A stretch of DNA of 40,000 nt from Psychrosphaera ytuae (GTDB lineage Bacteria; Pseudomonadota; Gammaproteobacteria; Enterobacterales; Alteromonadaceae). Positions 1-9,037 of the stretch are shown here, piece by piece. Where the stretch lies: assembly GCF_017638545.1 (NCBI RefSeq), contig NZ_CP072110.1, positions 2,571,181-2,611,180 on the forward strand. Reading direction: 5' to 3'. Position numbers and translations under genes: made by a program. The first letter of the stretch is position 1, and each line of letters opens with the position of its first letter. The notes beneath the pieces are model-generated. The model was given only the letters and a program-made list of their open reading frames with translations. It was not told the origin of the DNA and ran no database searches.

Positions 1-693
1 TATGTTATGCATCTTCTCATCCAAAGAGTCTAGCAATAAATTAGCAATTACATGACTAAATGCCGGCCCTGTCAGTAAACTAGGTTCACACTTAAGAGAA
101 GCGTTTGAGTGCTGTTGTCTATTAAGTAAATTATGTCCTAATAATTCAAACTTACTTTCCAAATCCGACTTCTGGCAAAATTTTTGCCAGACTTGGATAG
201 CCAAATCAGTATGTATACTGGGGTAAAATTTCTTAATATCTGTAATAAGCACCATACCATTTTCTACAGACCAACAGGCGTTGGCAATATCAGCTTGCCG
301 CTCTTTGTACCCGATAAAATAAGGGTTAAAAACGCCTGATTTATCTGATTCCTCTGTAAATCGATAGCTATAAACATATGGTTTCGGATGAAATATAGAA
401 TGTTTAGAAAGCTCCACTAACAAGGCGGTCTCAGATAAAGCCTCATTAGGAGCAGGCAAGTATATTTCTCTATGGGTAATAGCACCGCTTTCTGATAATT
501 CCTTAAAATGGAACGTTTTTAGATAAGAAGCTTCACCTTGACAACTTGACAATCGTGTAGATACATCACGAATCCACCGACATTTTTTAGCCGAGACGTT
601 TTTGAGGTAATACCTGAGACCTAAATAAGATAGAACGTCTCGTTTACGATATTGATTAAGAGTTTTTACTGCTAATAATGAGGAGTTTGGCAT
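1..693 (-). CDS. Reverse-transcriptase-like protein, N-terminal 231 codons; the ORF continues beyond the left window edge
   Basis: The minus-strand frame starting at ATG 693-691 has no stop in any of the 231 triplets down to base 1 (checked triplet by triplet). It is missing from the ORF track only because it is truncated. The translation MPNSSLLAVKTLNQYRKRDV... carries RT motifs in canonical order. These are HREIYLPAPNEALSETALL (R-x-I-x-x-P), MVLITDIKKFYPSI (motif A with the catalytic Asp, coords 214-255) and LLTGPAFSHVIANLLLDSLD (motif B). Motif C (YxDD) would lie outside the window. The start is 4 nt after the upstream gene's stop. Confidence 0.6.
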   Translation of the reverse strand, partial: MPNSSLLAVKTLNQYRKRDVLSYLGLRYYLKNVSAKKCRWIRDVSTRLSSCQGEASYLKTFHFKELSESGAITHREIYLPAPNEALSETALLVELSKHSIFHPKPYVYSYRFTEESDKSGVFNPYFIGYKERQADIANACWSVENGMVLITDIKKFYPSIHTDLAIQVWQKFCQKSDLESKFELLGHNLLNRQQHSNASLKCEPSLLTGPAFSHVIANLLLDSLDEKMHNI

Positions 694-697
694 ATTA

Positions 698-1648
698 TTA
701 ATCCAAAGGTAAATCAAAACGAGCAATAGTTAAACGAATAGGAAATGTTCCATCTTTAATAGGTTGTTCACACTTGATATCCGCTAACCCATATGGTTCA
801 TTTTCTTCGCTCTCACCGCCTACAAAAGTTAAAATAGGTTTAAATAGTTGCTTAAACCAAGTACTCATTCTTGGAAAAAAGTGATCCAGGACGTTATTTT
901 TTTGCGGTTCGATCCAGATAGCAGCGCTCAGCTGATCTCTACTGTGAATGAATATTTCAGAAATCTGTTTTTCAGCTTCTTTCCATTTACTGTTACCTTC
1001 CAAAAGCCCTGAAAAATTACTTACGACAAGAAGCCTTGAGTCGCAATTTTGGCTTCTTATTGTAATTTGACGAATTAAATCTGCATTGTTTATTCGATCC
1101 AATACATCCCAATGTAAAATTGTATATTCGAAACTTATTGCTTGTTCTTTTAACGGCTCTATTAATTCATCAAGTTGTTTCTTAAGATAGCTTCTAGCTG
1201 ATTCAGATATTTCCCCTGCGACAATTGATATATCTAGAGGAATACGAGGTAATACACTTTGAGTTCTCAATTCAGCTAATGTCGTTAAGATACTAATGAC
1301 AGCGGCACCAGAGCCACTAGGCAAATCAGCTAAAAAGACTCTTTGACCTGCAAAAATCTCAGCATAAGCGTCAGAAACTTTTGACAATTGGTTTTTGGGA
1401 TCGAGTAATGAGAGAATTACTCTCCCACAAGAACCATTATACCTCCAAGCTAAGTGCTTATCAGTTTCTTCCTTGCTTATGCCACCAATAAAGCCTTTAT
1501 CTGCCTTTTTTGTAGCTAATTCTGATAAGTTATTATCTTCAAGCAACAGCTTCCATTTCTCAACTAGCAAGTTCGGTAGCTTTATTATTTTCCTATCTTT
1601 ACACCATAAGGAGTTAGGTAAATCTTCCTTTTTAATAAACCGTTCCAT
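698..1648 (-). CDS. Short HsdM-like Rossmann-fold (gamma-class N6-MTase-like) protein with non-conserved catalytic motif IV; function unknown
   Basis: 316 aa, with ATG 3 nt after the hsdR stop. The motif order mirrors the two HsdM copies in the same operon. Motif I is VFLADLPSGSGAAVISIL (cf. DPACGTGG/DPTCGSGG). Motif II is ISIVAGEISESARSYL (cf. LFGQEKNL/LYGQEINL). Motif III is ILHWDVLD (cf. ILRGDTLR). LLVVSNFSGLL sits where VIANPPFSL/ILANPPYSI (motif IV) is expected, so NPP[FY] is absent. There is no HsdM N-terminal domain. By-eye comparison only. Confidence 0.45.
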   Translation of the reverse strand: MERFIKKEDLPNSLWCKDRKIIKLPNLLVEKWKLLLEDNNLSELATKKADKGFIGGISKEETDKHLAWRYNGSCGRVILSLLDPKNQLSKVSDAYAEIFAGQRVFLADLPSGSGAAVISILTTLAELRTQSVLPRIPLDISIVAGEISESARSYLKKQLDELIEPLKEQAISFEYTILHWDVLDRINNADLIRQITIRSQNCDSRLLVVSNFSGLLEGNSKWKEAEKQISEIFIHSRDQLSAAIWIEPQKNNVLDHFFPRMSTWFKQLFKPILTFVGGESEENEPYGLADIKCEQPIKDGTFPIRLTIARFDLPLD

Positions 1649-1651
1649 TTA

Positions 1652-4618
1652 TTAATAATATTCCTTGATGTAACCATATGCTCTATCAAACAGCACTTGG
1701 TCTTTATGTAATTTGTATTTAAGCAAAGCTTTGCGTAGTGATTTTTGTACTTCTCGTTCACCACCTACCGTGTTTTGCCAGCCTGGGAAGTTGACTACCC
1801 TTACGATTGCATCAATGTCAGTAACTATGCGTTCTACAACCGTAGGGGTTTCATCAGTTTTAAGTTCAAGGAACAGTTCTGTAAGTGCAGCTTTTGGTGA
1901 TTTCTCTTGAAGTTCTTGTTCTAACTCTTTTTCAGCTTTAACCGTGTCTTTGGCTATAGCGCAGAGCTCTTTTACGAATTCAATTGAAGTGATTAAGCCT
2001 TTCTCCGCTTTGTCACGTAGCTCTTCTAAACGCTCACTTAACTTTTTAAAATTGGCGTTTCCGCCGTGCTTAACAAAGCGTTTAATTAGGTCTTTTTCGA
2101 GCTGTTTAATTTTCTTGGGATCAGGGTTGTTAAAGATGTTTTCGATAACATCTGCATCTAAAACAAACTCTTCTAGCGTATGCACTTCACCTACATGAAT
2201 GTTCTCGTGGATTAATTGTGTGGTTTGCGCACCCAGTGCCAACCACAGTATTTTACCTACGTTATCCGATGCCGGTTTTACCGATTCAAATACCTGAGCA
2301 AGCCATTTGTAGTCTTGGTTATAAACATCCAAGATATTATCAGGTGATAAAGACTCCCATAACTTAGCAAGGTACTTAAAGTCTTTGGCAAAGGCATCTT
2401 TCTTTTCATCGGTATTAATAGCGTTCTGTGCCGCTTCTAAGCCTTCAAACCCATCAAGAGTTCTATCTACCCCTTCAAAGTGTCTTAACGCATCAGCCAT
2501 TGCTTGTGGCAGTCGAGAACGTAAATCGCCAAGATTAGTAATAACCTGTTTAACACTTTGCTCGTCAAACTCTAGCGCTTTAGCGGCATCATCAAACACA
2601 CCAAAGTAATCAACAATACAACCAAATGTTTTTTGCGGATATAAACGGTTTGTGCGACAAATTGCCTGTAGTAACGTATGGTCTTTTAATGACTTGTCTA
2701 AGTACATGGTTTGACAAATCGGGGCATCAAAACCGGTTAACAGCTTTGCTGTCACAATGATGAATTTAAGCTCTGATGTTGCGTCATTGTACTCATCAAC
2801 AATCTTTTCTTGCTGGCTTTTATCTACCGCCCACTTTTGCTTAAACTCAAAATCATCGTTGGCAGTAGTCGAGATTACAACTTTACTGGCCTCTTCTGGG
2901 AAGTACTTATCTAATTCTTCTTTGTATTGCACACAAGCATGACGATCTGGTGTGACTATCATGCCTTTAAAACCATGAGGCGCTACTTTTGCATTAAAGT
3001 GTTCAGCGATGTCTTTTACGATTTTTTCAACACGTTCAGGTGATTTCAAAAACGCTGACATTTTTGCTGACTTCTTGTTTAGCTCATCGGCTTCTTCGTC
3101 AGTTAGCGCAGCACTTTCTTTAAACTCTTCAAACGCTTTATCTAATGCGTCTTTATCAACATGGACGTCAACCAGTCGTGGTTCAAAGTGCAGAGGTAGT
3201 GTTGCTTCATCTCGAATTGAATCATGGAAGGTATAACGTGACATATAGCCACCTCTATCTTCCTCTGAGCCAAACGCCCAAAAGGTATTTTTATCTGCCT
3301 TGTTAACTGGCGTACCGGTTAAACCAAACAAAAATGCATTGGGTAATGCCGCTCGCATTTGTCGTCCTAAATCACCTTCTTGAGTTCGGTGAGCCTCATC
3401 CACCAATAGAATGATGTTTTCTCTATCATTCATATTAGGTTTAGCGTCTCTGAATTTATGGATCATTGAAATAATGATCTTACGAGTATCACGCTCCAAC
3501 ATTTGTTGAAGTTCTTTAATGCTTTCTGTGCTTTCAACATTGGCCACATCTGCCGCATTAAAGGTTCCGCTTATTTGTGTATCAAGGTCGGTTCTATCAA
3601 CAAGAACAATTACGGTTGGGCTTTTAAGCTCTGGTGCTCGTCTTAGCTTTTGTGCAGCAAACACCATGAGTAATGATTTACCTGAGCCTTGGAAGTGCCA
3701 TATCAGGCCTTTCTTAATTTTGCCTTCAATAACACGCTGGACGATTTTATTCGCCCCTTCATACTGCTGAAAGCGAGGAATCACCTTAATGCGTTGTTTT
3801 TTCTTGTTAGTGGTAAACAAAGAGAAGTTACGCATAATATCGAGTAATCGAGCCGGGCTAAGCAAGTCTGTGAGCTCTTTACCAATTTCAGCTAAACCTA
3901 GTGCTTTAGATATTTGACTGTCATTTTCTTCTATACGCCATGGAGCCCAAAACTCTAACGGACAGCGAATCGCACCATAAAACAGCTCTTTGCCTTCTGT
4001 GGCAAAAGACAAAATGTTTGGCACAAACAATTGCGGTACGGCATTTTCGTAAATTTGATGGATGTCATGGGCACCATCTAACCAACTTACTGAGGGTCTA
4101 ATCGGTGTTTTGGCTTCACCAACCACCACAGGTATACCGTTAATCATTAATACCACATCAGGTATTTTGGTTTCTCTGTGGTGAATACGAAACTGGTTAG
4201 TTAATATATAATCGTTTCGAGTTAAGTCTTCAAAATCAATTAGCTTAACGGATACATGACGATTGTTTTCACCAAACGGCATGGTTTTTTCGCCAGTCAT
4301 CCAAGCGAAAAATTCTTCGTTGGCTTTAACCAGTCCAACCTGATTTACCGAAATTAAAATAGCTCGGAGTTTATGTATTACTTCATCCGCCAAGTTTGGG
4401 TTAGCCTCAATCTCAGGGTTAAGACGAATTAACGCCTTAATCAGCTGCGATTCAACTAATACTTCATTTACACCACGCCCTAGCTTTTCTGGCGGTTGGA
4501 ATTGCCACTTAACACCCAAAGTTGGTTGTGGCTCTGATACTTGATTGGCATTTAAATTAATGCCACTTAGTTGATGGATGATGTAGTGTTCCACACTATT
4601 TAATTCGGTAAATCCCAT
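1652..4618 (-). CDS. hsdR: Type I restriction enzyme R subunit (HsdR)
   Basis: 988 aa. SF2 helicase motifs are present: WHFQGSGKSLLMVF (Walker A), LLVDEAHRTQ (DEAH), FGLTGTPV (motif III) and QAICRTNR (motif VI). It has the long N-terminal nuclease region and C-terminal helical region typical of HsdR. It lies immediately downstream of hsdS with a 2-nt gap. Confidence 0.95.
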   Translation of the reverse strand: MGFTELNSVEHYIIHQLSGINLNANQVSEPQPTLGVKWQFQPPEKLGRGVNEVLVESQLIKALIRLNPEIEANPNLADEVIHKLRAILISVNQVGLVKANEEFFAWMTGEKTMPFGENNRHVSVKLIDFEDLTRNDYILTNQFRIHHRETKIPDVVLMINGIPVVVGEAKTPIRPSVSWLDGAHDIHQIYENAVPQLFVPNILSFATEGKELFYGAIRCPLEFWAPWRIEENDSQISKALGLAEIGKELTDLLSPARLLDIMRNFSLFTTNKKKQRIKVIPRFQQYEGANKIVQRVIEGKIKKGLIWHFQGSGKSLLMVFAAQKLRRAPELKSPTVIVLVDRTDLDTQISGTFNAADVANVESTESIKELQQMLERDTRKIIISMIHKFRDAKPNMNDRENIILLVDEAHRTQEGDLGRQMRAALPNAFLFGLTGTPVNKADKNTFWAFGSEEDRGGYMSRYTFHDSIRDEATLPLHFEPRLVDVHVDKDALDKAFEEFKESAALTDEEADELNKKSAKMSAFLKSPERVEKIVKDIAEHFNAKVAPHGFKGMIVTPDRHACVQYKEELDKYFPEEASKVVISTTANDDFEFKQKWAVDKSQQEKIVDEYNDATSELKFIIVTAKLLTGFDAPICQTMYLDKSLKDHTLLQAICRTNRLYPQKTFGCIVDYFGVFDDAAKALEFDEQSVKQVITNLGDLRSRLPQAMADALRHFEGVDRTLDGFEGLEAAQNAINTDEKKDAFAKDFKYLAKLWESLSPDNILDVYNQDYKWLAQVFESVKPASDNVGKILWLALGAQTTQLIHENIHVGEVHTLEEFVLDADVIENIFNNPDPKKIKQLEKDLIKRFVKHGGNANFKKLSERLEELRDKAEKGLITSIEFVKELCAIAKDTVKAEKELEQELQEKSPKAALTELFLELKTDETPTVVERIVTDIDAIVRVVNFPGWQNTVGGEREVQKSLRKALLKYKLHKDQVLFDRAYGYIKEYY

Positions 4619-4620
4619 AC

Positions 4621-5787
4621 CTAAAACACCTTGCTAATCAATATAGATTGTAATTTGAAAACAGACTCTATTTTTGTTTTTTGCGCATTAATATTTTTCT
4701 TTATTTTGTCTAGTTGATTCACAGTAGCTAATTGCTTCTCTTTAGACTCAGGGTATCGAACCTTAAAAGCTTTAAACGTATCAATGCTAAGATTTTTCTG
4801 AGCGCTTTCTGTTGCCAAGCCATCTACTATTTTTTGTTTGTAATTCAGATAATAATATAAGTATTCTTGGCTTATTTTTTCTGGCTTAGCTTGTATACCG
4901 ACTAAGCTATCAGTAAAGGCACTATCAAAACTCAATAACCCCACATACCCGATATTGGCAGCTATTGTCATAACAATTGTTCCTTTCGGAAACATTTTAC
5001 TAATAGATAAGCCAAGCTCATTCAATGTTTGCGAATAAGACGTTATATATTTATCAGAATTAACTACTTCACTTGTTTGAATGAATGGAATTTTCCCTCC
5101 ATAAAATTGAGGAGCATTCCTAGGGCGGTGTGCAAATTTTCCTCTTTGAACTGAGGCGACTTCCAAAATTCCTTCCTTATTAAACCCCTTACCATTAAAT
5201 AGCTCTTTCTCAGAACTATTAAAAAGGATTTGTAAGTTCGAAAGTAAATTGCGTTCAACTTCAAGTAACTGACTTACTTCTCTAAGCAATTTTAACAAGT
5301 ATTGTTGTTTCTCTATGTTTGGAAGTAGAAACTCAAAATTCGATAAATCTTTAAACTTCACTCTCGGAGACAGACCTCCTGCTGAATGAGTCACTGCATG
5401 ATCAAAAAACTTTTCATTGTTTACAACGAAAGGTAATAGTTCAGGAAGAAGCAATGCTTCTCTAGCTCGCATAACCGTGATATCGCCCGAACAAATACCT
5501 TCAAACCCGGCTTTGGCAGCCTTCTTCAAATAAGCTCGGCGGCGACCAAATAAAACGTCACCTTTACAAAACTTTTTGGTAAACGTTGTACTACCTTCAA
5601 TACTAGCAGATCGGCGTAAATTCATATCGCCACTATCAATATGCTCTAAACCTACAACATGCTCTATACCTTCAGTAACTGGGTCTTTAACTGACTCTTT
5701 TGGCTCAAACACCACATCGCCAAACTTTACTTTTTTCCAGTCTGATTTATCGATAGAAAAGTTTTTAATAGCTTCCATGTCGAACAT
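4621..5787 (-). CDS. hsdS: Type I restriction-modification specificity subunit (HsdS), two target-recognition domains
   Basis: 388 aa. Two TRD-like halves are separated by a helical spacer (QQYLLKLLREVSQLLEVERNLLSNLQILF) and end in a second coiled region (QLDKIKKNINAQKTKIESVFKLQSILISKVF). The start overlaps the hsdM stop by 1 nt (TAATG). Confidence 0.9.
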   Translation of the reverse strand: MFDMEAIKNFSIDKSDWKKVKFGDVVFEPKESVKDPVTEGIEHVVGLEHIDSGDMNLRRSASIEGSTTFTKKFCKGDVLFGRRRAYLKKAAKAGFEGICSGDITVMRAREALLLPELLPFVVNNEKFFDHAVTHSAGGLSPRVKFKDLSNFEFLLPNIEKQQYLLKLLREVSQLLEVERNLLSNLQILFNSSEKELFNGKGFNKEGILEVASVQRGKFAHRPRNAPQFYGGKIPFIQTSEVVNSDKYITSYSQTLNELGLSISKMFPKGTIVMTIAANIGYVGLLSFDSAFTDSLVGIQAKPEKISQEYLYYYLNYKQKIVDGLATESAQKNLSIDTFKAFKVRYPESKEKQLATVNQLDKIKKNINAQKTKIESVFKLQSILISKVF

Positions 5788-7253
5788 TACACTAGCTCCT
5801 TAAATAACTTTTCCATTGATTGTTTTAGGTTATCTGATGACTGTTGCCATTCTTGATAAGCTGCCGTAAAACAGGCTTCCTCGCTGCTAACTAAAGAGTC
5901 TGGTCGAACATAAAGGTTAATCGCCATATTAGCTTTTCTATCTAGAACCTCTTGTTTATCGACTAACAAAGCAAAGTTCTCTTCACTTTCAAAATTGCTA
6001 TACGCATTAAATATTTTGTCTATATGCACTTGGTCTAGGTAGCCAATGTTTTTATCCTGTCTAACTTCTTTTACCGCATTTATAAACAAGATTTTTCCCT
6101 TCTTATGATCTTCCTTGTTTGTTTTAGTAATCAACAAACATGCTTCCATTGGCGAGTTATAAAAGAGGTTTGGCCCCAAGCCGATTACACACTCAACTAA
6201 GTCTTGCTCAATCATTTTCTTGCGCATTTCTGTTTCAGCATCGCGGAACAAAATGCCGTGTGGCCAAAGTGATATTGAGCGGCCATTGCCTAAATCTAAG
6301 CTTTTTTGAATATGTTGCTGGAATGCATAATCGGCACAACCTTGCGGTGGTGTGCCCCACAAATTACGCCCATACGGATCATTTTCGAATGCGCCACGAT
6401 CCCATGATTTAATTGAGTATGGCGGGTTAGCTAGGATGACGTTAAACTTTTTAAGCTCATCGTTCTCTAGCAAGCCTGGATTAGACAAAGTATTGCCTCG
6501 CACAATATCGAACTCCTCGATGCCATGCATAAACATGTTCATACGAGCAATAGCGGAAGTTAACAGGTTAATTTCTTGACCATATAACTTCAGTGTTCGG
6601 TATTCTTTGCCTTCGTCTTTTAAATGCAAGGCGCAGTTAAGCAATAAACCACCAGAACCACAGGTTGGGTCATATACCGACTCACCTGGTTGTGGGTCCA
6701 TAATCATAGTCATCAGCTTAACTACTGTACGGTTGGTATAAAACTCCGCTGCGGTATGGCCGCTGTCATCAGCAAACTCTTTAATTAAGTACTCGTAAGC
6801 GTTACCTAATTTATCGTCAGGCACATTTTTAAGATTCAGTTTATGCTGCGAGTAATGCTCAATAAGGTTAGTGAGCATGGCATCAGAAAGTCGGTCTTTA
6901 TTGGTCCAACTGGCATCACCAAAAATACCATCTAAGGTATCCGGGTTAGCTTTTTCAATAGCACGCATAGCATTTTGCAGTGCTAAGCCTACGTTGGTTG
7001 TCACCTCACGAACATCTTGCCAGTGAGCACCAACCGGGATTTGGAAATGGTGGTTTTCTGCAAAAGCAGCATATTCTAAATCACCATCACTTTCCGCTAA
7101 GGCGTTGTCAAACTCTTCATCATATACATCTGAGATGCGTTTAAAGAACATTAACGGGAATATGTACTGCTTGTAATCACCCGCATCGATAGTGCCACGT
7201 AAAGTAGTTGCAGCACCCCAAAGGTATTTTTCTAATTCTTGTTGAGTCATCAT
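5787..7253 (-). CDS. hsdM: Type I restriction-modification methyltransferase subunit (HsdM), S-proximal copy
   Basis: 488 aa. It has the HsdM N-terminal domain (YIFPLMFFKRISDVYDEEF), SAM motif I (VYDPTCGSGGLL) and catalytic motif IV (ILANPPYSI). It carries FYTNRTV where the paralog has the canonical FYTPRSV. Its start overlaps the DUF262 gene stop by 4 nt (ATGA). Confidence 0.93.
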   Translation of the reverse strand: MMTQQELEKYLWGAATTLRGTIDAGDYKQYIFPLMFFKRISDVYDEEFDNALAESDGDLEYAAFAENHHFQIPVGAHWQDVREVTTNVGLALQNAMRAIEKANPDTLDGIFGDASWTNKDRLSDAMLTNLIEHYSQHKLNLKNVPDDKLGNAYEYLIKEFADDSGHTAAEFYTNRTVVKLMTMIMDPQPGESVYDPTCGSGGLLLNCALHLKDEGKEYRTLKLYGQEINLLTSAIARMNMFMHGIEEFDIVRGNTLSNPGLLENDELKKFNVILANPPYSIKSWDRGAFENDPYGRNLWGTPPQGCADYAFQQHIQKSLDLGNGRSISLWPHGILFRDAETEMRKKMIEQDLVECVIGLGPNLFYNSPMEACLLITKTNKEDHKKGKILFINAVKEVRQDKNIGYLDQVHIDKIFNAYSNFESEENFALLVDKQEVLDRKANMAINLYVRPDSLVSSEEACFTAAYQEWQQSSDNLKQSMEKLFKELV

Positions 7254-9037
7254 GCCTCAGCTACCTCTTCAGCGTCATGATGGACAGTAACATCTAGCAT
7301 TTTTATTAACGTTGATTTCAATTTCTTTCGTCTGTTTTCGTTAAATATTAAATAGTCTTCAAACTCTAATGATTCTTCCGAATCTATATAATGCTGTCTT
7401 AAAAAGCTTTGCTGATCAGATTCACTTTCATACTCGGCTTTTAGCCATTCTTTAAATGGTTTGTTGCTCTTTTCTATATTTGTAGTGGCATGCAATAGCT
7501 GCAAATTTGCTAATTCATTAACACTGTCGTTGTATCTTTCAATTTGATCTTCACTGAAACCAAGTTTTCTCATATTACGTTTTTTGAACAGAGATTTTGG
7601 ATGTATATGATCTTGGTGATATTTGAAAGTGTAATTCAGCCCTGGGTATAGCAAAGTGAGTGCGCAATATGTTTTAGCTTTGCCGTATTGGAGGTCTAAT
7701 AAACTTTCTATATCGTCTTCAGTGAAGCTGATAGTTTTTCGTCGTCCACGGTAGTAAGCAATTGTTTCTGCGAGAGGGAATTTTCCTAAATTATCGTTGA
7801 TAAGTTCTCTCATTGCTGGATAAATATTATCCGGTTGCCCACCAAATGTCCCCTTAAGAAGCACTCGTGCTAACCACTCCCTAATAGCCTTTCTATCTTT
7901 TTCTCGTTCAGCACTATGCAATATTTTGCTATCTAAACGATTTTTGTAAATGAAATAAGCAATGGGGATTATGGTGTTCGTAGCAAGTAAATTATCTCTG
8001 CTGTATCCAATTTTTGACACTAGCTCTATCGCTAGCTTTAATGCACCTGACGCTTCATCCCAGTTTTCCTCAATTTTAGCCATGTTAGCTTTGTTGAAGT
8101 TATCAACTTTAAATTTAACATCTTTAAAATCGGCTAAAACTAAGCAGGCCTTTAGCACCAGGTCTTTATTGAACGAGAAGCCATCACCTATCTGGTTGAT
8201 ATCATCAACAAAATCATGAATAACTTCTCTAGCATCTTTTTCTTGCCATTGAGCTGTCGCAATTGAAAGCAATAAATCAGAATAACTTAACTTTGTTCCG
8301 CCACTGTTTATTCGTATAAATATCTGTAGCACTTTATCAAGCTCTTCACCTTTTTCTTCGTAATAGCTTATCGTGCCTTTTTGGTGCACTACGTTAAAAA
8401 ACTCATTTAATGTGCGCAACGCAAATGTAGTACTTTCTTGAGAATATTTAGATGTATCAGTTAAGCCCTCTAACATCATGTATTCCATGACTTTACTAAC
8501 ATCACTAAACTCTAAAATTTTTCCACATTCAAACCAGTAATAGCCCTCTTTTGGCTTGGCATCACTCTCTGTAAGAAACTTAAAATCATATTCAACTTCA
8601 ATGTCATCAGAACTTTTAAGCAGGTTTAAGTACAACTTTTTCTTAGGGTAAGCATGTGAACTACTTTTTCTGTAATAAGGCATCTTTTTAGAATAAGAGC
8701 CTGTTAGCGCCACATACATTGAAGTCATACGTTGTTGACCATCAAGTAAAGCAATTATGTCTTCTTCATCAGACAGATCAGCTTTTAAATTATGGCGACT
8801 ATCTTTTTCATGGTAGTTCTTTAGAAATTCATAGAACTGAAAATCCTTTACTTTATTCTTATCAACTTTCCAGAACAAAAAGGTACTAATTGGATAGTCT
8901 CGCATTAAAGAATCAAACAACGTCTCTATTTGACCCGTATCCCAGACAAACTCTCGCTGTATTGCCGGCAAAACATAATGACGTTTTCTGATATTGTTTA
9001 TTGCGTCTTTTATGGTAATTGGTATCTGATACGCCAT
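7250..9037 (-). CDS. DUF262/DUF1524 (GmrSD-like) putative modification-dependent (type IV) restriction nuclease
   Basis: 595 aa. The N-terminal DUF262 signatures are LPAIQREFVW and LLDGQQRMTS (DGQQR box). The C-terminal His-Me/HNH-like DUF1524 signature is YHQDHIHPKS...NLQLLHATTNIEKSNKP. The gene is embedded between the two hsdM genes with zero spacing or overlap. Confidence 0.8.
   Translation of the reverse strand: MAYQIPITIKDAINNIRKRHYVLPAIQREFVWDTGQIETLFDSLMRDYPISTFLFWKVDKNKVKDFQFYEFLKNYHEKDSRHNLKADLSDEEDIIALLDGQQRMTSMYVALTGSYSKKMPYYRKSSSHAYPKKKLYLNLLKSSDDIEVEYDFKFLTESDAKPKEGYYWFECGKILEFSDVSKVMEYMMLEGLTDTSKYSQESTTFALRTLNEFFNVVHQKGTISYYEEKGEELDKVLQIFIRINSGGTKLSYSDLLLSIATAQWQEKDAREVIHDFVDDINQIGDGFSFNKDLVLKACLVLADFKDVKFKVDNFNKANMAKIEENWDEASGALKLAIELVSKIGYSRDNLLATNTIIPIAYFIYKNRLDSKILHSAEREKDRKAIREWLARVLLKGTFGGQPDNIYPAMRELINDNLGKFPLAETIAYYRGRRKTISFTEDDIESLLDLQYGKAKTYCALTLLYPGLNYTFKYHQDHIHPKSLFKKRNMRKLGFSEDQIERYNDSVNELANLQLLHATTNIEKSNKPFKEWLKAEYESESDQQSFLRQHYIDSEESLEFEDYLIFNENRRKKLKSTLIKMLDVTVHHDAEEVAEA

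Noticed and set aside
694-1655. Retron-type msr/msd ncRNA upstream of the RT
   Set aside because: The junctions are only 3-4 nt, so there is no non-coding space. I saw no obvious long inverted repeats, though I cannot exclude an ncRNA overlapping coding sequence. The locus is therefore not called as a retron.
1713-3770. Series of 60-85-aa plus-strand ORFs (Ser/Leu-rich) inside hsdR
   Set aside because: They are antisense shadow ORFs of a well-supported 988-aa gene. They are low-complexity, have no SD sequences, and carry no motifs.
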